NCBI GenBank assembly: GCA_949299165.1
Contig: CASFZJ010000001.1
Span: forward strand, 626-64,625
From: an uncultured bacterium
GTDB lineage: Bacteria; Bacillota_I; Bacilli_A; RFN20; CAG-826
Direction: 5' to 3'
DNA: 64,000 bases
Positions 45,343-54,542 of the stretch are shown here, in pieces; within the stretch, counting starts at the first letter, position 1, and each line of letters begins with the position of its first letter. The position numbers and the translations under genes are program-made. The notes under the pieces are model-generated. The model worked only from the letters and a program-made list of their open reading frames with translations. It had not been told where the DNA came from and did not search any database.

Positions 45343-47514
45343 TTATTCTTCATCGCCTTCGTCGCCATCATCAACAATGGTTTCGTTAGCGAGCTCACTT
45401 GCCCAATCGAATTCTTTGACTTGATCAATTTGTTCGAGACCATGTTTATCCATACAATCTCTAATCAATTCATCAGCTCTTCTTAAGCTAAGTCCACTCT
45501 TAACTTTAAAGACAAGTGGTGTTTCTTTATAAATATTTTTGCTGCTTGCATCTTTAATAGGATATGTTGAATCAACATAATCTTGTGGATCAAGTGCAAG
45601 ATATAATTTTAAGGATTTACCAGCAATAGTAATCTTACAATAAGTAACTCTATGTAATCTGAAGGAATCTCCACCATTAGCTACTCTGTTATTTAAACCA
45701 TAAGATTTTAAGAGTGATTTGATGTGATTATATGCACTCTTTAATTCATCATCAGCATCCATCATTCTAGTTGTAAATGGAACTCTAACAATTTTTGGTT
45801 TTTCTTCAGTAACAACTTGAGCTGCTTCAACTACAGGTTCTTCTTTAGCTGGTTCTTCTACAGGTGTTTCTTCAACTTTTGGTTCTTCTGCAGGAACCTC
45901 TTCTTGAACTGGAGTTTCTGGAATAACTTCTTCAACTTTAGTTTCTTCAACAGGAGTTTCTTCAGTTTTTACTTCCTCAGTTGGGACTTCTGTTTCAGGA
46001 ACTTCTTCTTTAACTTCTTCAGTTACGACAGTTTCTTCAACTTTTACTTCTTCAGCTGGAACTTCTTCTTTAACTGTTTCTACAGGTTTTGTCTCTTCAA
46101 TAGTTGTTTCTTCAACAACTGGAGTTTCAGTTACAACTGGTTCTTCATGAACAACTTCTTCTTTAGTTTCTTCAACTACAGGCTCTTCTTTTGCAGGAAC
46201 TTTAACTTCAACTTGTTTTTCGACAACTTTTTCATGTTTAATGACAAGATCTTTTAAGGCTTCTCTGATTTCACTAGCGATAATATCTTTAACTTGTTCT
46301 TCAGTTAAACCTTTATTAGCTTTTTTAGGAGCTTCTGTTTTTTCAACTTTAACTTCTTCTTTTTCAGCATTAACTTCTTTAACAACTGAAGGCATTGCAA
46401 CGATTATAGGTGATGAATAAACTTTTTCTTCATCTTTTTTGCCTTCAACTGCGGTAGAAACTTTTGCTGGTTGACTTGCAACACTATCAGCATTGGCCTT
46501 TACGATAGCGTTAGCCATAATAGCAGCATTTTTCTCTGCTTTATATTCTTCGACAATTCTTCTTGCTTCAGCTTTTTCAATTTCTTCTCTAATAACTTCT
46601 TTAACTTCAGCGACAGTTAAAGCTTTAGATTTTACAGCTTTTGCAGGATATTCGACACCACTACCTTCAACGAGTGGTCCATAATTGCCATATTTATCAT
46701 ATCTTTTAACAATAAGAATACCTTTTTTCTTTTCAGGTGCTGGTGCTGGTGTTTCTTGAACAGGTGCAGCTTCAACAACTGGAGCAACAGCTTCTTCAGC
46801 AACAACTTCTTCAACTTCTTTCTTCTTAATAGATGCTAATCCAGTGATTGCAATTCCAAAGAATGAAATGATGTAGATAGCAGCAGCAATAACTAAAACC
46901 CAAGTTAAAGCGGTAACAATAATTGCTGGTGTACCTTTTTCCATGATTGCACTATTATGCCATCCATAGAGCAATGCATTAACCCATGCCCCCCAGATAG
47001 TTAAATCACCTGGTCTTCTTGCGGCATCTACTAATCCATCAATTTCAACACCATTGCTGATATAATGCCAATCAACGTGATTTCCAAAGTAATAAGCGTT
47101 TGTGCATAACCATGCAATAATGCCAAATACAAGGAAAAAGATTGCAAAACCAACAAATTTTCCATTTTTTCTCTTGATAGCTTTAGCTAATAAAGCAACA
47201 AAGAAAATAACAACAAATGCTGTTACAGCAATCCAAACAACATTATCAACAATGAAATGTGTATCATTCCAGTTTCCTAAACCTTGACCACTAAATAACA
47301 ATCCGAAAAATTCCCAAATTGTTGTGGTGAAGAATCTAGTACTGAAGACTGGTAACCAAGCAATGGCGGAAAGATTGCTGCTATCAAAATAATGGCCAAT
47401 AAGTTCGTTAGCAGTGTCTCTGAACCAAATGCCTAGTCCTAGTACGGCTAAGGTAAAAATCATAGCGACTACGCCAGTTATTACCCAGTTTCTTAAAACG
47501 CGGCTTTTCTTCAT
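45343..47514 (-). CDS. 4-TM membrane protein with an E/V/P/T-rich linker and a conserved unknown C-terminal domain (paralogue A)
   Basis: 723 aa. N-terminus MKKSRVL plus four hydrophobic segments. C-terminus FRLHRVTYCKITIAGKSLKLYLALDPQDY...PLVFKVKSGLSLRRADELIRDCM. A GGAGGGG SD for the next gene lies in the 17-nt gap. Confidence 0.7.
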   Translation of the reverse strand: MKKSRVLRNWVITGVVAMIFTLAVLGLGIWFRDTANELIGHYFDSSNLSAIAWLPVFSTRFFTTTIWEFFGLLFSGQGLGNWNDTHFIVDNVVWIAVTAFVVIFFVALLAKAIKRKNGKFVGFAIFFLVFGIIAWLCTNAYYFGNHVDWHYISNGVEIDGLVDAARRPGDLTIWGAWVNALLYGWHNSAIMEKGTPAIIVTALTWVLVIAAAIYIISFFGIAITGLASIKKKEVEEVVAEEAVAPVVEAAPVQETPAPAPEKKKGILIVKRYDKYGNYGPLVEGSGVEYPAKAVKSKALTVAEVKEVIREEIEKAEARRIVEEYKAEKNAAIMANAIVKANADSVASQPAKVSTAVEGKKDEEKVYSSPIIVAMPSVVKEVNAEKEEVKVEKTEAPKKANKGLTEEQVKDIIASEIREALKDLVIKHEKVVEKQVEVKVPAKEEPVVEETKEEVVHEEPVVTETPVVEETTIEETKPVETVKEEVPAEEVKVEETVVTEEVKEEVPETEVPTEEVKTEETPVEETKVEEVIPETPVQEEVPAEEPKVEETPVEEPAKEEPVVEAAQVVTEEKPKIVRVPFTTRMMDADDELKSAYNHIKSLLKSYGLNNRVANGGDSFRLHRVTYCKITIAGKSLKLYLALDPQDYVDSTYPIKDASSKNIYKETPLVFKVKSGLSLRRADELIRDCMDKHGLEQIDQVKEFDWASELANETIVDDGDEGDEE
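45800..46260 (-). repeat. low-complexity coding region (EEPVVEET / EEVKVEET-type)
   Basis: The translation is rich in E, V, P, T and K with recurring VEET/EEVP words. The antisense strand yields an artefactual F/N-rich ORF. Confidence 0.7.
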
Positions 47515-47541
47515 AGTGCGTCTCCTCCCTCAATATCTAAA

Positions 47542-48429
47542 TTAAGCTCCCAATAAGGTATTTAGTTTTCCAATACCAGTCTCAACGAAGTCATCGAGCA
47601 TATCGGTAAAGGCATCCTTGAATTGGATAGCTACCTTTTCTCCGTTTTCATCAATAACATCTACTGAAATAATATTGAAAGGACTTAAACCCATATTGTT
47701 TAAATTTTCAAATAACGCTTTGGTGAATGTTGAATTTTCACTGAGTGGATTCAAAACGTTAGTTACAGATTGGATTGTTGATACAATAGTTTCAACATTT
47801 CCTTGAGTTACACTCATACTTGACAATAATTTCATCAATTCACTATTACTATCTTGTAATTGTGGAACGATAATTTGATCAATTGGTACTGCAAGGTTGC
47901 CAGAGAATTGCAATATAACTAAACAAATTGCCCCCATTTCAACCATACCTAGTGCTGCACCAATAATTCTAGAAAGAATGCCTTTTCTAATTCTTTTTGG
48001 CATAATCCATCTTAACAAGACCCAATATAATAAAGTAGATAATAGGAATGAAATGATAATTACAACTAAGAATCCAACAAAACCAATAGTTGCTTTTGTG
48101 AAGCCTTCACTAGTTGCATTAAGTAAAACTGGATTAAGGCCAACGTTTTGAAGTAATAAGAATGCGTCTTTAACGTTAGTTAAGCGGATTGTTATGCCAA
48201 GTTCTTCAACCGGATAAGTTAAACTAAAACCAAATGTTTCGCTTAGGAATTGAAGAGAGTCATATTGAACCCAACTTGCAGCATAATCGAAGAAACCAAA
48301 GTAGAGAACAAGTGAAATAGTTGCTAAAACCAAGATACCAACTAGGCATCTCCGCCAACCACGTATCACGCCCCCAACAAATCCTAACCCAAGGCATATT
48401 ATCAGAACTAAATCTGCCGAGATCATCAT
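47542..48429 (-). CDS. CvpA-like membrane protein with an extended C-terminal region
   Basis: 295 aa. The N-terminus ADLVLIICLGLGFVGGVIRGWRRCLVGIL resembles the CvpA family start. It has 4 TMs and is the first gene of the operon with the two paralogues. Confidence 0.45.
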   Translation of the reverse strand: MMISADLVLIICLGLGFVGGVIRGWRRCLVGILVLATISLVLYFGFFDYAASWVQYDSLQFLSETFGFSLTYPVEELGITIRLTNVKDAFLLLQNVGLNPVLLNATSEGFTKATIGFVGFLVVIIISFLLSTLLYWVLLRWIMPKRIRKGILSRIIGAALGMVEMGAICLVILQFSGNLAVPIDQIIVPQLQDSNSELMKLLSSMSVTQGNVETIVSTIQSVTNVLNPLSENSTFTKALFENLNNMGLSPFNIISVDVIDENGEKVAIQFKDAFTDMLDDFVETGIGKLNTLLGA

Positions 48430-48606
48430 ATTACCTATATTTTAAATTCTATATTTATAAAAATAAAGAAAAAATATTTGATTTTTAAAACTTTTTTTCA
48501 GTAATTTAAAGCGTATTTTAGGTTTTTGGTAATTTATTAGGTTTTGTTTAATTTTTCTTAAACAAAATTTTCTTAATTTTTTGTCGAAAATTTTGAAAAA
48601 AAGTTC

Positions 48607-48635
48607 TTGCACAAAACCTTGCTCTATAGTAAACT
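48607..48635 (+). promoter_or_regulatory. candidate promoter of tRNA-Val
   Basis: TTGCAC, a 17-nt spacer, then TAAACT. The -10 ends 11 nt before the tRNA 5' end. Confidence 0.3.
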
Positions 48636-48646
48636 ATTTGAGCGTT

Positions 48647-48722
48647 GGGTATTTAGCTCAGCTGGGAGAGCATCTGTTTGACGTACAGAAGGTCATAGGT
48701 TCGATCCCTATAGTACCCACCA
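48647..48722 (+). tRNA. tRNA-Val (anticodon GAC), CCA encoded
   Basis: Hand fold: acceptor GGGTATT/AGTACCC, D-arm GCTC-AGCTGGGA-GAGC, anticodon stem TCTGT/ACAGA, loop TTGACGT, T-arm ATAGG-TTCGATC-CCTAT, 76 nt. Confidence 0.9.
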
Positions 48723-48735
48723 AATTAAAAATTAT

Positions 48736-48761
48736 ATCCTCGTTTAGCGGGGATTTTTTTA
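48736..48761 (+). terminator. rho-independent terminator after tRNA-Val
   Basis: ATCCTCG-tttag-CGGGGAT followed by TTTTTTT. Confidence 0.7.
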
Positions 48762-48932
48762 TTTTTATTTACCATAAATAATTGCAAAAAATTCTCTTTA
48801 AAGTTTCGGTGAAAATTTTTGAAGTTTTACATTCATCAACAAGCGACAATTTCTTTAAAATTTATTTATCAAAAATTTTAATCATAAATTTCTCAAATAT
48901 AAATTTTTTCGAAAAATTCAAAATTAAAAATA

Positions 48933-48948
48933 CCTAAGTTTTGCAAGT
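48933..48948 (+). repeat. weaker copy of the dispersed intergenic motif
   Basis: cctaagttttgcaagt, followed by a T-tract, downstream of tRNA-Val. Confidence 0.3.
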
Positions 48949-48956
48949 TTTTTTGA

Positions 48957-48998
48957 AACAAAAAAACCAGGATTTTTACATTTTTTCCTGGTTTTTTA
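48957..48998. terminator. bidirectional hairpin terminator (A-tract / stem / T-tract)
   Basis: AAAAAAACCAGGA-(13 nt)-TCCTGGTTTTTT, located 18 nt downstream of the stop of the minus-strand aminopeptidase gene. Confidence 0.6.
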
Positions 48999-49015
48999 TT
49001 AATTTAATAATTTTA

Positions 49016-50383
49016 TTAACCTTTAATTAAGAATGTTTTGTAAGCGGAATATGCTTCGTATACATCAATTTTACTTACAATTTCCATTGGAGCGTGCATA
49101 TTTAATACTGCAACTCCCGCATCAATAACATCCATATTTAAGTTGGCAAGAATGTAAGCAATTGTGCCGCCACCGCCTTGATCAACTTTTCCGAGTTCAG
49201 AAGTTTGGTAATATACTCCATCTTCATCCATAATCTTTCTTAAATGAGCGATGAATTTTGGTGATGCATCATTACAACCACCTTTACCTCTACTTCCAGT
49301 ATATTTATTAAAGACAATACCTTTATTTAAATAAGCACTATTTTTAAGTTCGTTAACACCTAAGAATAATGGATCAACTCCTGCTGAAACATCACTTGAA
49401 AGCATTCTAGAATTTGTGAGTGCTCTTCTTAAAGCAAGTTCACTATATTCCCCTTTAAGGTTCATGACTTCTGCAATTAAGTTTTCAAAATATCTTGATT
49501 GAGCACCAGTTGCACCAACTGAACCGATTTCTTCTTTATCAACTAAAATGCAGCAAGAAGTTCTTTCTGGGTTTTCAGTTTCTAAAATTGCTCTTAAGGA
49601 TGTGTAGGCACAAACTTTATCATCGTGACCATATCCTGCAATCATACTTCTATCAAGACCATATTCTCTTGCTCTACCAGCTGGAACTACTTCAATTTCA
49701 GCACTTGCAAAATCTTCTTCTTCGATTCCATATTTTTCTTTTAATAATTTAAGAATATTTGCTTTAATTGAGTCTTTTTCGCCTTCTTTGACAGGTAAAG
49801 AACCAACTGTAAGATCTAAATCTTCGCCTTCAATAACTTTTGCTGCTGGTTTTTGAAGTTGATCACCTGCAAGGTGAATTAATAAATCGCTAATACCTAA
49901 AACTGGATCGTTTTCATTGTCTCCGATTGAAACATCTACTTCTGTTCCATCTTTTTTATAGACTGTTCCATAAAGAGAAAGTGGAATTGTAACCCATTGA
50001 TATTTTTTAACTCCGCCATAATAGTGTGTATCAAGTAAAGCGAAACCAGTTGATTCATAAAGTGGATTTTGTTTAACATCTAATCTTGGTGAATCAATAT
50101 GAGCACCTAAAATATTAATTCCGTTTTCAATGTTTTCTTTTCCAATTACGAATAAAGCAATATTTTTACCTCTATTGATCGAATAAACTTTATCGCCGGC
50201 TTTTAGTGATTTGACAGTTTCAATATTTTTAAAACCATATTTTTCTGCTAAAGCGATTGAGTTTTTTGTAAAAATTCTTTCAGTTTTGCTAACGGATAAA
50301 AAATCAATATAGTCTTTTGAAAATTTTTCTAAATCTTCTTTTACTTTGCCTTCATATTTTGAATAAGCATATTTGTTATACAT
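49016..50383 (-). CDS. M18-family aminopeptidase (aminopeptidase 1 type)
   Basis: 455 aa with GAHIDSPRLDVKQNPLY, VDKEEIGSVGATGAQS and LNMHAPMEI motifs. Confidence 0.8.
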   Translation of the reverse strand: MYNKYAYSKYEGKVKEDLEKFSKDYIDFLSVSKTERIFTKNSIALAEKYGFKNIETVKSLKAGDKVYSINRGKNIALFVIGKENIENGINILGAHIDSPRLDVKQNPLYESTGFALLDTHYYGGVKKYQWVTIPLSLYGTVYKKDGTEVDVSIGDNENDPVLGISDLLIHLAGDQLQKPAAKVIEGEDLDLTVGSLPVKEGEKDSIKANILKLLKEKYGIEEEDFASAEIEVVPAGRAREYGLDRSMIAGYGHDDKVCAYTSLRAILETENPERTSCCILVDKEEIGSVGATGAQSRYFENLIAEVMNLKGEYSELALRRALTNSRMLSSDVSAGVDPLFLGVNELKNSAYLNKGIVFNKYTGSRGKGGCNDASPKFIAHLRKIMDEDGVYYQTSELGKVDQGGGGTIAYILANLNMDVIDAGVAVLNMHAPMEIVSKIDVYEAYSAYKTFLIKG

Positions 50384-50513
50384 AATCTTTCTACCTCCAA
50401 CACTAAATTATAATTTATTTAAAATTTTTGTCTTTAATAATGATTCTAAAAAACGCACTTTTTTCAAAAAAGTATCAGTTTTTGTAAAAAAATATTGGAA
50501 AAAATCAAAATTT

Positions 50514-50534
50514 CCAAGGAAAAATGCAAAAAGT
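50514..50534 (+). repeat. dispersed intergenic motif copy
   Basis: ccaaggaaaaatgcaaaaagt, between the two M18 aminopeptidase genes. Confidence 0.5.
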
Positions 50535-50563
50535 CCGGAAAATTGATAAAAAACATAGACTTT

Positions 50564-51910
50564 TTATAAAATCTTAGGGTTTTTATTACTTTTTTCTAGG
50601 AAATTTATTTGATCGTTATTGATTATAAACTCTCTTTCGTAGAAAGTTTTTATTAAATCGAACATATGTTTTGTATCTTCGCTTCCAATTGTTTCATAAG
50701 TCGAATGCATAGCAAGTTGAGGCAAACCAATATCGCAGGTTAAAATGCTTTCTTTAGAAATTGAAATATTTCCAAGAGTTGACCCACCTCTTACATCACT
50801 ACGATTAAAGAAAACTTGATAAGGAATATTTGCATCTTTACATAAAACCTTAACTAAACTTGATGAAAATGCATCACTTGTATAAGCCATATTTGAGTTA
50901 AATTTAATTAAAATTCCTTTATTAAGTTTGCAAATATTTTTATCGTCACTTAACTCAGGGTGATTTGGATGAATTGCATGCCCATTATCAGCACTTAAAA
51001 CGAACGATCTCTTACTAGCGCTCAAGCTTTCTCCTTTATTTATATTAAAGGAAGATTCTATTCTTCTTAAAGTAGAGGAAAGCAAATCACTATCTGCTCC
51101 AGAAAAAGAAAGGGAGCCAGTTTCTTCATTATTAAAGAATGCACCAATAATAAAGGAATTTTCATTATTTTTACTATATATTAAAGACTTTAGTGATAAA
51201 AATGCTGCTGATAAATCATCTTCTTTGGCGCCACATATAAAATCATCATTAATTCCAACATATTGAGCTTTCTCAAAATTATATAAATAAAGGTCATAAG
51301 ATAATAATTCTTCAGTCTTATTTAAGAAAGATTGAATATATTTATCAAAATATGTATTTTCTTCTTCATGTGTACCGACAATTGGCAATAAATCAACTTG
51401 AGGATTATAAATAAATCCATTATTGATGTTTCTCTTTTGATGAATTGCAACATTTGGAATAATTGCAATGGCTTTTTTAGAATCAACAAGTTTAGTTCTA
51501 ATTATATTGTTTTCTCTTGTTACAATTCTTCCTGCAACACCAAGAGGTCGATCAACATAAGTTGAATTAATAAGCCCACCATATACTTCAACTTTCCATT
51601 TTTCATAAAAATGTGCAAGATTTGCAGGGTTTTCTTTTAATTTTAGTGCAGGAGAGTCTAAATGCGATGAAATTATTTTATTATAATATGTTAACTTATT
51701 TAATTTAATTGGCGTTTTAAAAGCGACCAGCGAATTTAAATTTCTCAAGAAAAAGTATGAGCTATTTTCTTTTAATGACCACGTTTCATTTTCTTTAAGT
51801 TCTTTAAAACCATTTTTCAAAAGAATATTTTTTATTTCGCATGCAGCAAAATATTCATTGTGACTTTTATTTAAAAATTCAATCAATTCATCATTTAATA
51901 CACTTCTCAT
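50564..51910 (-). CDS. M18-family aminopeptidase paralogue
   Basis: SHLDSPALKLKENP, NNEETGS and LAMHSTYE. The preferred start is the ATG at 51910 (MRSVLND), preceded by AAGGAG. The ORF-track start is 51934. Confidence 0.8.
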   Translation of the reverse strand: MRSVLNDELIEFLNKSHNEYFAACEIKNILLKNGFKELKENETWSLKENSSYFFLRNLNSLVAFKTPIKLNKLTYYNKIISSHLDSPALKLKENPANLAHFYEKWKVEVYGGLINSTYVDRPLGVAGRIVTRENNIIRTKLVDSKKAIAIIPNVAIHQKRNINNGFIYNPQVDLLPIVGTHEEENTYFDKYIQSFLNKTEELLSYDLYLYNFEKAQYVGINDDFICGAKEDDLSAAFLSLKSLIYSKNNENSFIIGAFFNNEETGSLSFSGADSDLLSSTLRRIESSFNINKGESLSASKRSFVLSADNGHAIHPNHPELSDDKNICKLNKGILIKFNSNMAYTSDAFSSSLVKVLCKDANIPYQVFFNRSDVRGGSTLGNISISKESILTCDIGLPQLAMHSTYETIGSEDTKHMFDLIKTFYEREFIINNDQINFLEKSNKNPKIL

Positions 51911-51920
51911 AAACACTCCT

Positions 51921-52520
51921 TTACATAGTTTCAACTAGCATTCCTGAATAAGTACTAACCACTGTAAATATCGTAACAATCGTTAGTATTAAAGTAGCGA
52001 CCAACACTAAATTTAAAATCATGACAACATTTTGCGATATTTTAAATTTTGGAATATATCTTGTCATGATTAATCCAAGAGCTAAAATCAATCCAATTAA
52101 ATCAAAAGCAAAAGTAATAATTACAAGTGGATTGCCGCTTTCCATCAAAATCGAATTAAAAGAAAATACTTCGATTGCTCCACTTGAATAAGTAATTGAA
52201 AGCGAAGGAATAAACGCAACTATAATAAAGAAAACATAGATAACAGCATTTAAAACAGCAAAAATCAGATTGTTTATAGATTTAGAAACCGAAATTTTTG
52301 TGCTCTCTTTAATCGTTTCATCATTCACAATTTCTTCAAACGGAACTTCAAAAACTTTAGCTAATTCATTTAATTCTAATTTAGAAGGAATAAGCATGTC
52401 TTTTTCGATTTTGTTTAATCTTTTAACATCAATTTTTGATTTTTCACTTACTACCTCTAATTTAAGTTCTCTATTTTCTCTAAGATTTTTAATTTTTTCG
52501 CCAATAGTCATAATTTTCAC
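51921..52520 (-). CDS. XRE-family HTH protein fused to a multi-TM C-terminal domain
   Basis: 199 aa. The N-terminus IGEKIKNLRENRELKLEVVSEKSKIDVKRLNKIEKD is a Cro/C1-type HTH. Three or four hydrophobic helices follow. Confidence 0.75.
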   Translation of the reverse strand: MKIMTIGEKIKNLRENRELKLEVVSEKSKIDVKRLNKIEKDMLIPSKLELNELAKVFEVPFEEIVNDETIKESTKISVSKSINNLIFAVLNAVIYVFFIIVAFIPSLSITYSSGAIEVFSFNSILMESGNPLVIITFAFDLIGLILALGLIMTRYIPKFKISQNVVMILNLVLVATLILTIVTIFTVVSTYSGMLVETM

Positions 52521-52556
52521 CAGGACTCATTATACATTAATTAAATAAAAATGATT

Positions 52557-52571
52557 ATATCTATAAGATAT
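52557..52571. promoter_or_regulatory. palindrome at the -35 position of the XRE-TM gene promoter (candidate operator)
   Basis: ATATCTATAAGATAT is a 15-nt palindrome. An extended -10 TGTATAAT (minus strand, 52529-52536) lies downstream of it. Confidence 0.3.
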
Positions 52572-52603
52572 AACCGAAAGGTGGAGAAACTTTAAAAAAT
52601 GCA

Positions 52604-53263
52604 TTATTTATTTTTTTGCTTTAAATTCGTTTCACCTTTATAACTTGTTCTATATCCAGGATTTTCGCCTGGTCGATAGGCATTTGGGTAAATAATATCA
52701 GCTTTTATATCATTTGCGATTCTTTGAAGTTCGCTATAAATGTAATAAGGATTTTCGATATCTTCAATCATTGATTTCCCGTTTGTTGAAACGATATAGA
52801 TATCGCCAACTTTACACATTTTTTCGATTAAACCAATTCTTAAATTGATACTTGTTATCGAAGAATAGTAAACGCTAACAATATTTGGAGCTAAAAATCC
52901 CGATTTTATAATTATCCTTTTATCGGTAAAAGCATATTCTTCAATTTTTAATCTTCTAAACGAACTAATTATATTAAAGATGTATATCCATACTGGTAAA
53001 AGATGGAACAAAAAGAAAATTGAAAAAATTAAATAAAACCACCATTCAAGTTCCATGAAAAGAATCGCGCATACAATGAAACTGATATCAATCCCAGCCC
53101 ATATAATTACTATTGGTAGCATTTTAAAAACAGCAGAAAGAATAAAAGATTTTTTAAGTGGTTTTCCCCTCCATAAAATTTCTTCACCATTATTTAAAAC
53201 AGTTTCAATTGTCTCGACTACTTTTTTGTCTTCAATAAAATAATTATTTTTTGGCTTTTTCAT
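52604..53263 (-). CDS. bacterial PH-domain (bPH_2/DUF304, YdbT-like) membrane protein
   Basis: 219 aa with EILWRGKP, two TMs, then YAFTDKRIIIKSG...VYYSSITSINL, which is typical of the family. Confidence 0.7.
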   Translation of the reverse strand: MKKPKNNYFIEDKKVVETIETVLNNGEEILWRGKPLKKSFILSAVFKMLPIVIIWAGIDISFIVCAILFMELEWWFYLIFSIFFLFHLLPVWIYIFNIISSFRRLKIEEYAFTDKRIIIKSGFLAPNIVSVYYSSITSINLRIGLIEKMCKVGDIYIVSTNGKSMIEDIENPYYIYSELQRIANDIKADIIYPNAYRPGENPGYRTSYKGETNLKQKNK

Positions 53264-53549
53264 ACTTTCATTTTATAGAAAGATTCTCAAATAAACAATC
53301 TATACAATGTGCATTATTTAGGAAAGGCAAGTATTAAAAAGAATAGATATTTGTGCAACCATCCATGACTTGATAAATCGTTTCAATTTAAATATTTTTC
53401 AAAAATAGTTGACTTTTGCATAGTTTTTGAAGAATTTACATAAATTTAAATTTTAAAAAATTAACTTTTTAACAAAAATTGAAAACAAAAAAATCAGTAA
53501 TCCAAATCATAATTTTGATTTACAATATAAAGAGAAGAAGGTGATTAAG

Positions 53550-54059
53550 ATGAGATTTAACAAAAACAATATAACTGACCCAAAGCATAATAAAACAAGA
53601 AAAATATTGAAAATAATAGGACCGATTGTATTAGGAATTGGAATAATATTTTTCTTAATTGGAATTGTTGATTTCTTCTCTGCATTTAACGGGATGGGTA
53701 TGCCTTCTTTATTTTGGGCTTGCTTTGTTGGAATTATATTTATCGGAATTGGCGGCACTTTAACAAGCTTTGGTTTTATGAAAAATGTTGGAGGTTATGT
53801 AGCAAGTCAATCTGCTCCTATATTAAGTGATACAGTAAATTATGTTGCTGATAATGTATCAGATTCAATCGCTGATGCCACAAATAAAATTAAGAAAAGT
53901 TCTTCTAAAACTTGTCCAAAATGTGGTGCAATCAATGATGAAAATTCCAAATTCTGTTCGAATTGTGGCACATCGCTAATTAAAAAATGTGCTAAACGTC
54001 ATAACGAAAATGATATTGATGCAAAATTTTGCTCTAATTGTGGCGAAAAATTAGATTAA
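53550..54059 (+). CDS. membrane protein with a C-terminal double zinc ribbon
   Basis: Two TMs, then CPKCG...CSNCG and C...CSNCG. The preferred start is the ATG at 53550, 5 nt after GAAGGTGA. The ORF-track start is a GTG at 53541. Confidence 0.7.
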   Translation: MRFNKNNITDPKHNKTRKILKIIGPIVLGIGIIFFLIGIVDFFSAFNGMGMPSLFWACFVGIIFIGIGGTLTSFGFMKNVGGYVASQSAPILSDTVNYVADNVSDSIADATNKIKKSSSKTCPKCGAINDENSKFCSNCGTSLIKKCAKRHNENDIDAKFCSNCGEKLD

Positions 54060-54523
54060 CTAATAACTTTTTCAATTTCAGTTTTACTTATACCTTTATT
54101 TAGCAAAAATCCTTTTGTGAATTTTAAATTAGGATAAAGTTTTTTGAGGTGATTTACACTTCCATCAACAGAACTTCCACCACTTGTAGCAAAAGGAACA
54201 ATTATCGCATTTCCCAAATTGTTTGACTCAAGAAAGGTATCAATACAACGTGGTTCAACATACCACCAAATTGGATATCCAATCATAACAACATCATAAT
54301 TAGCTGTGTTAAATTTTCCTTTTACTATTTGAGGTCTAGAATTTTCATCTTTCATTTCTAGACTCGATCTAGAATTTTTATCCATCCAATTTAAATCAGC
54401 ATTGGTATAACGTTTAATAGGGACAATTTCGTCTAAATCAGCGTTAAATTCTTTAGCTAAATCTATAGCAACTTTTTCTGTAACACCACTTGCTGAAAAA
54501 TAAACAACTAAAATCTTTTTCAT
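54056..54523 (-). CDS. flavodoxin-family protein
   Basis: 155 aa with KILVVYFSASGVTEK, YPIWWY and FATSGGS. Confidence 0.8.
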   Translation of the reverse strand: MKKILVVYFSASGVTEKVAIDLAKEFNADLDEIVPIKRYTNADLNWMDKNSRSSLEMKDENSRPQIVKGKFNTANYDVVMIGYPIWWYVEPRCIDTFLESNNLGNAIIVPFATSGGSSVDGSVNHLKKLYPNLKFTKGFLLNKGISKTEIEKVIS

Positions 54524-54542
54524 TTATTAGCACCTCTCAATT

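Noticed and set aside
45817-46257. 146-aa plus-strand ORF, extremely F/N/S-rich, inside the 723-aa gene
   Set aside because: It is the antisense reading of the GAA/GTT-rich low-complexity linker. It has no start context and a nonsensical composition. The same applies to 43517-43759, 43806-44093, 44353-44623 and 46493-46684.
48581-48781. 66-aa ORF over tRNA-Val, and the 64-aa ORF at 55352-55546 over tRNA-Gly
   Set aside because: Both span well-folding tRNA genes and their terminators, so they are ORF-finder artefacts.
53507-53758. 83-aa minus-strand ORF opposite the zinc-ribbon membrane protein gene
   Set aside because: It is an antisense reading of a hydrophobic-segment-coding region (I/P/N-rich) with no RBS. 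The plus-strand gene has a good SD and clear zinc-ribbon motifs.
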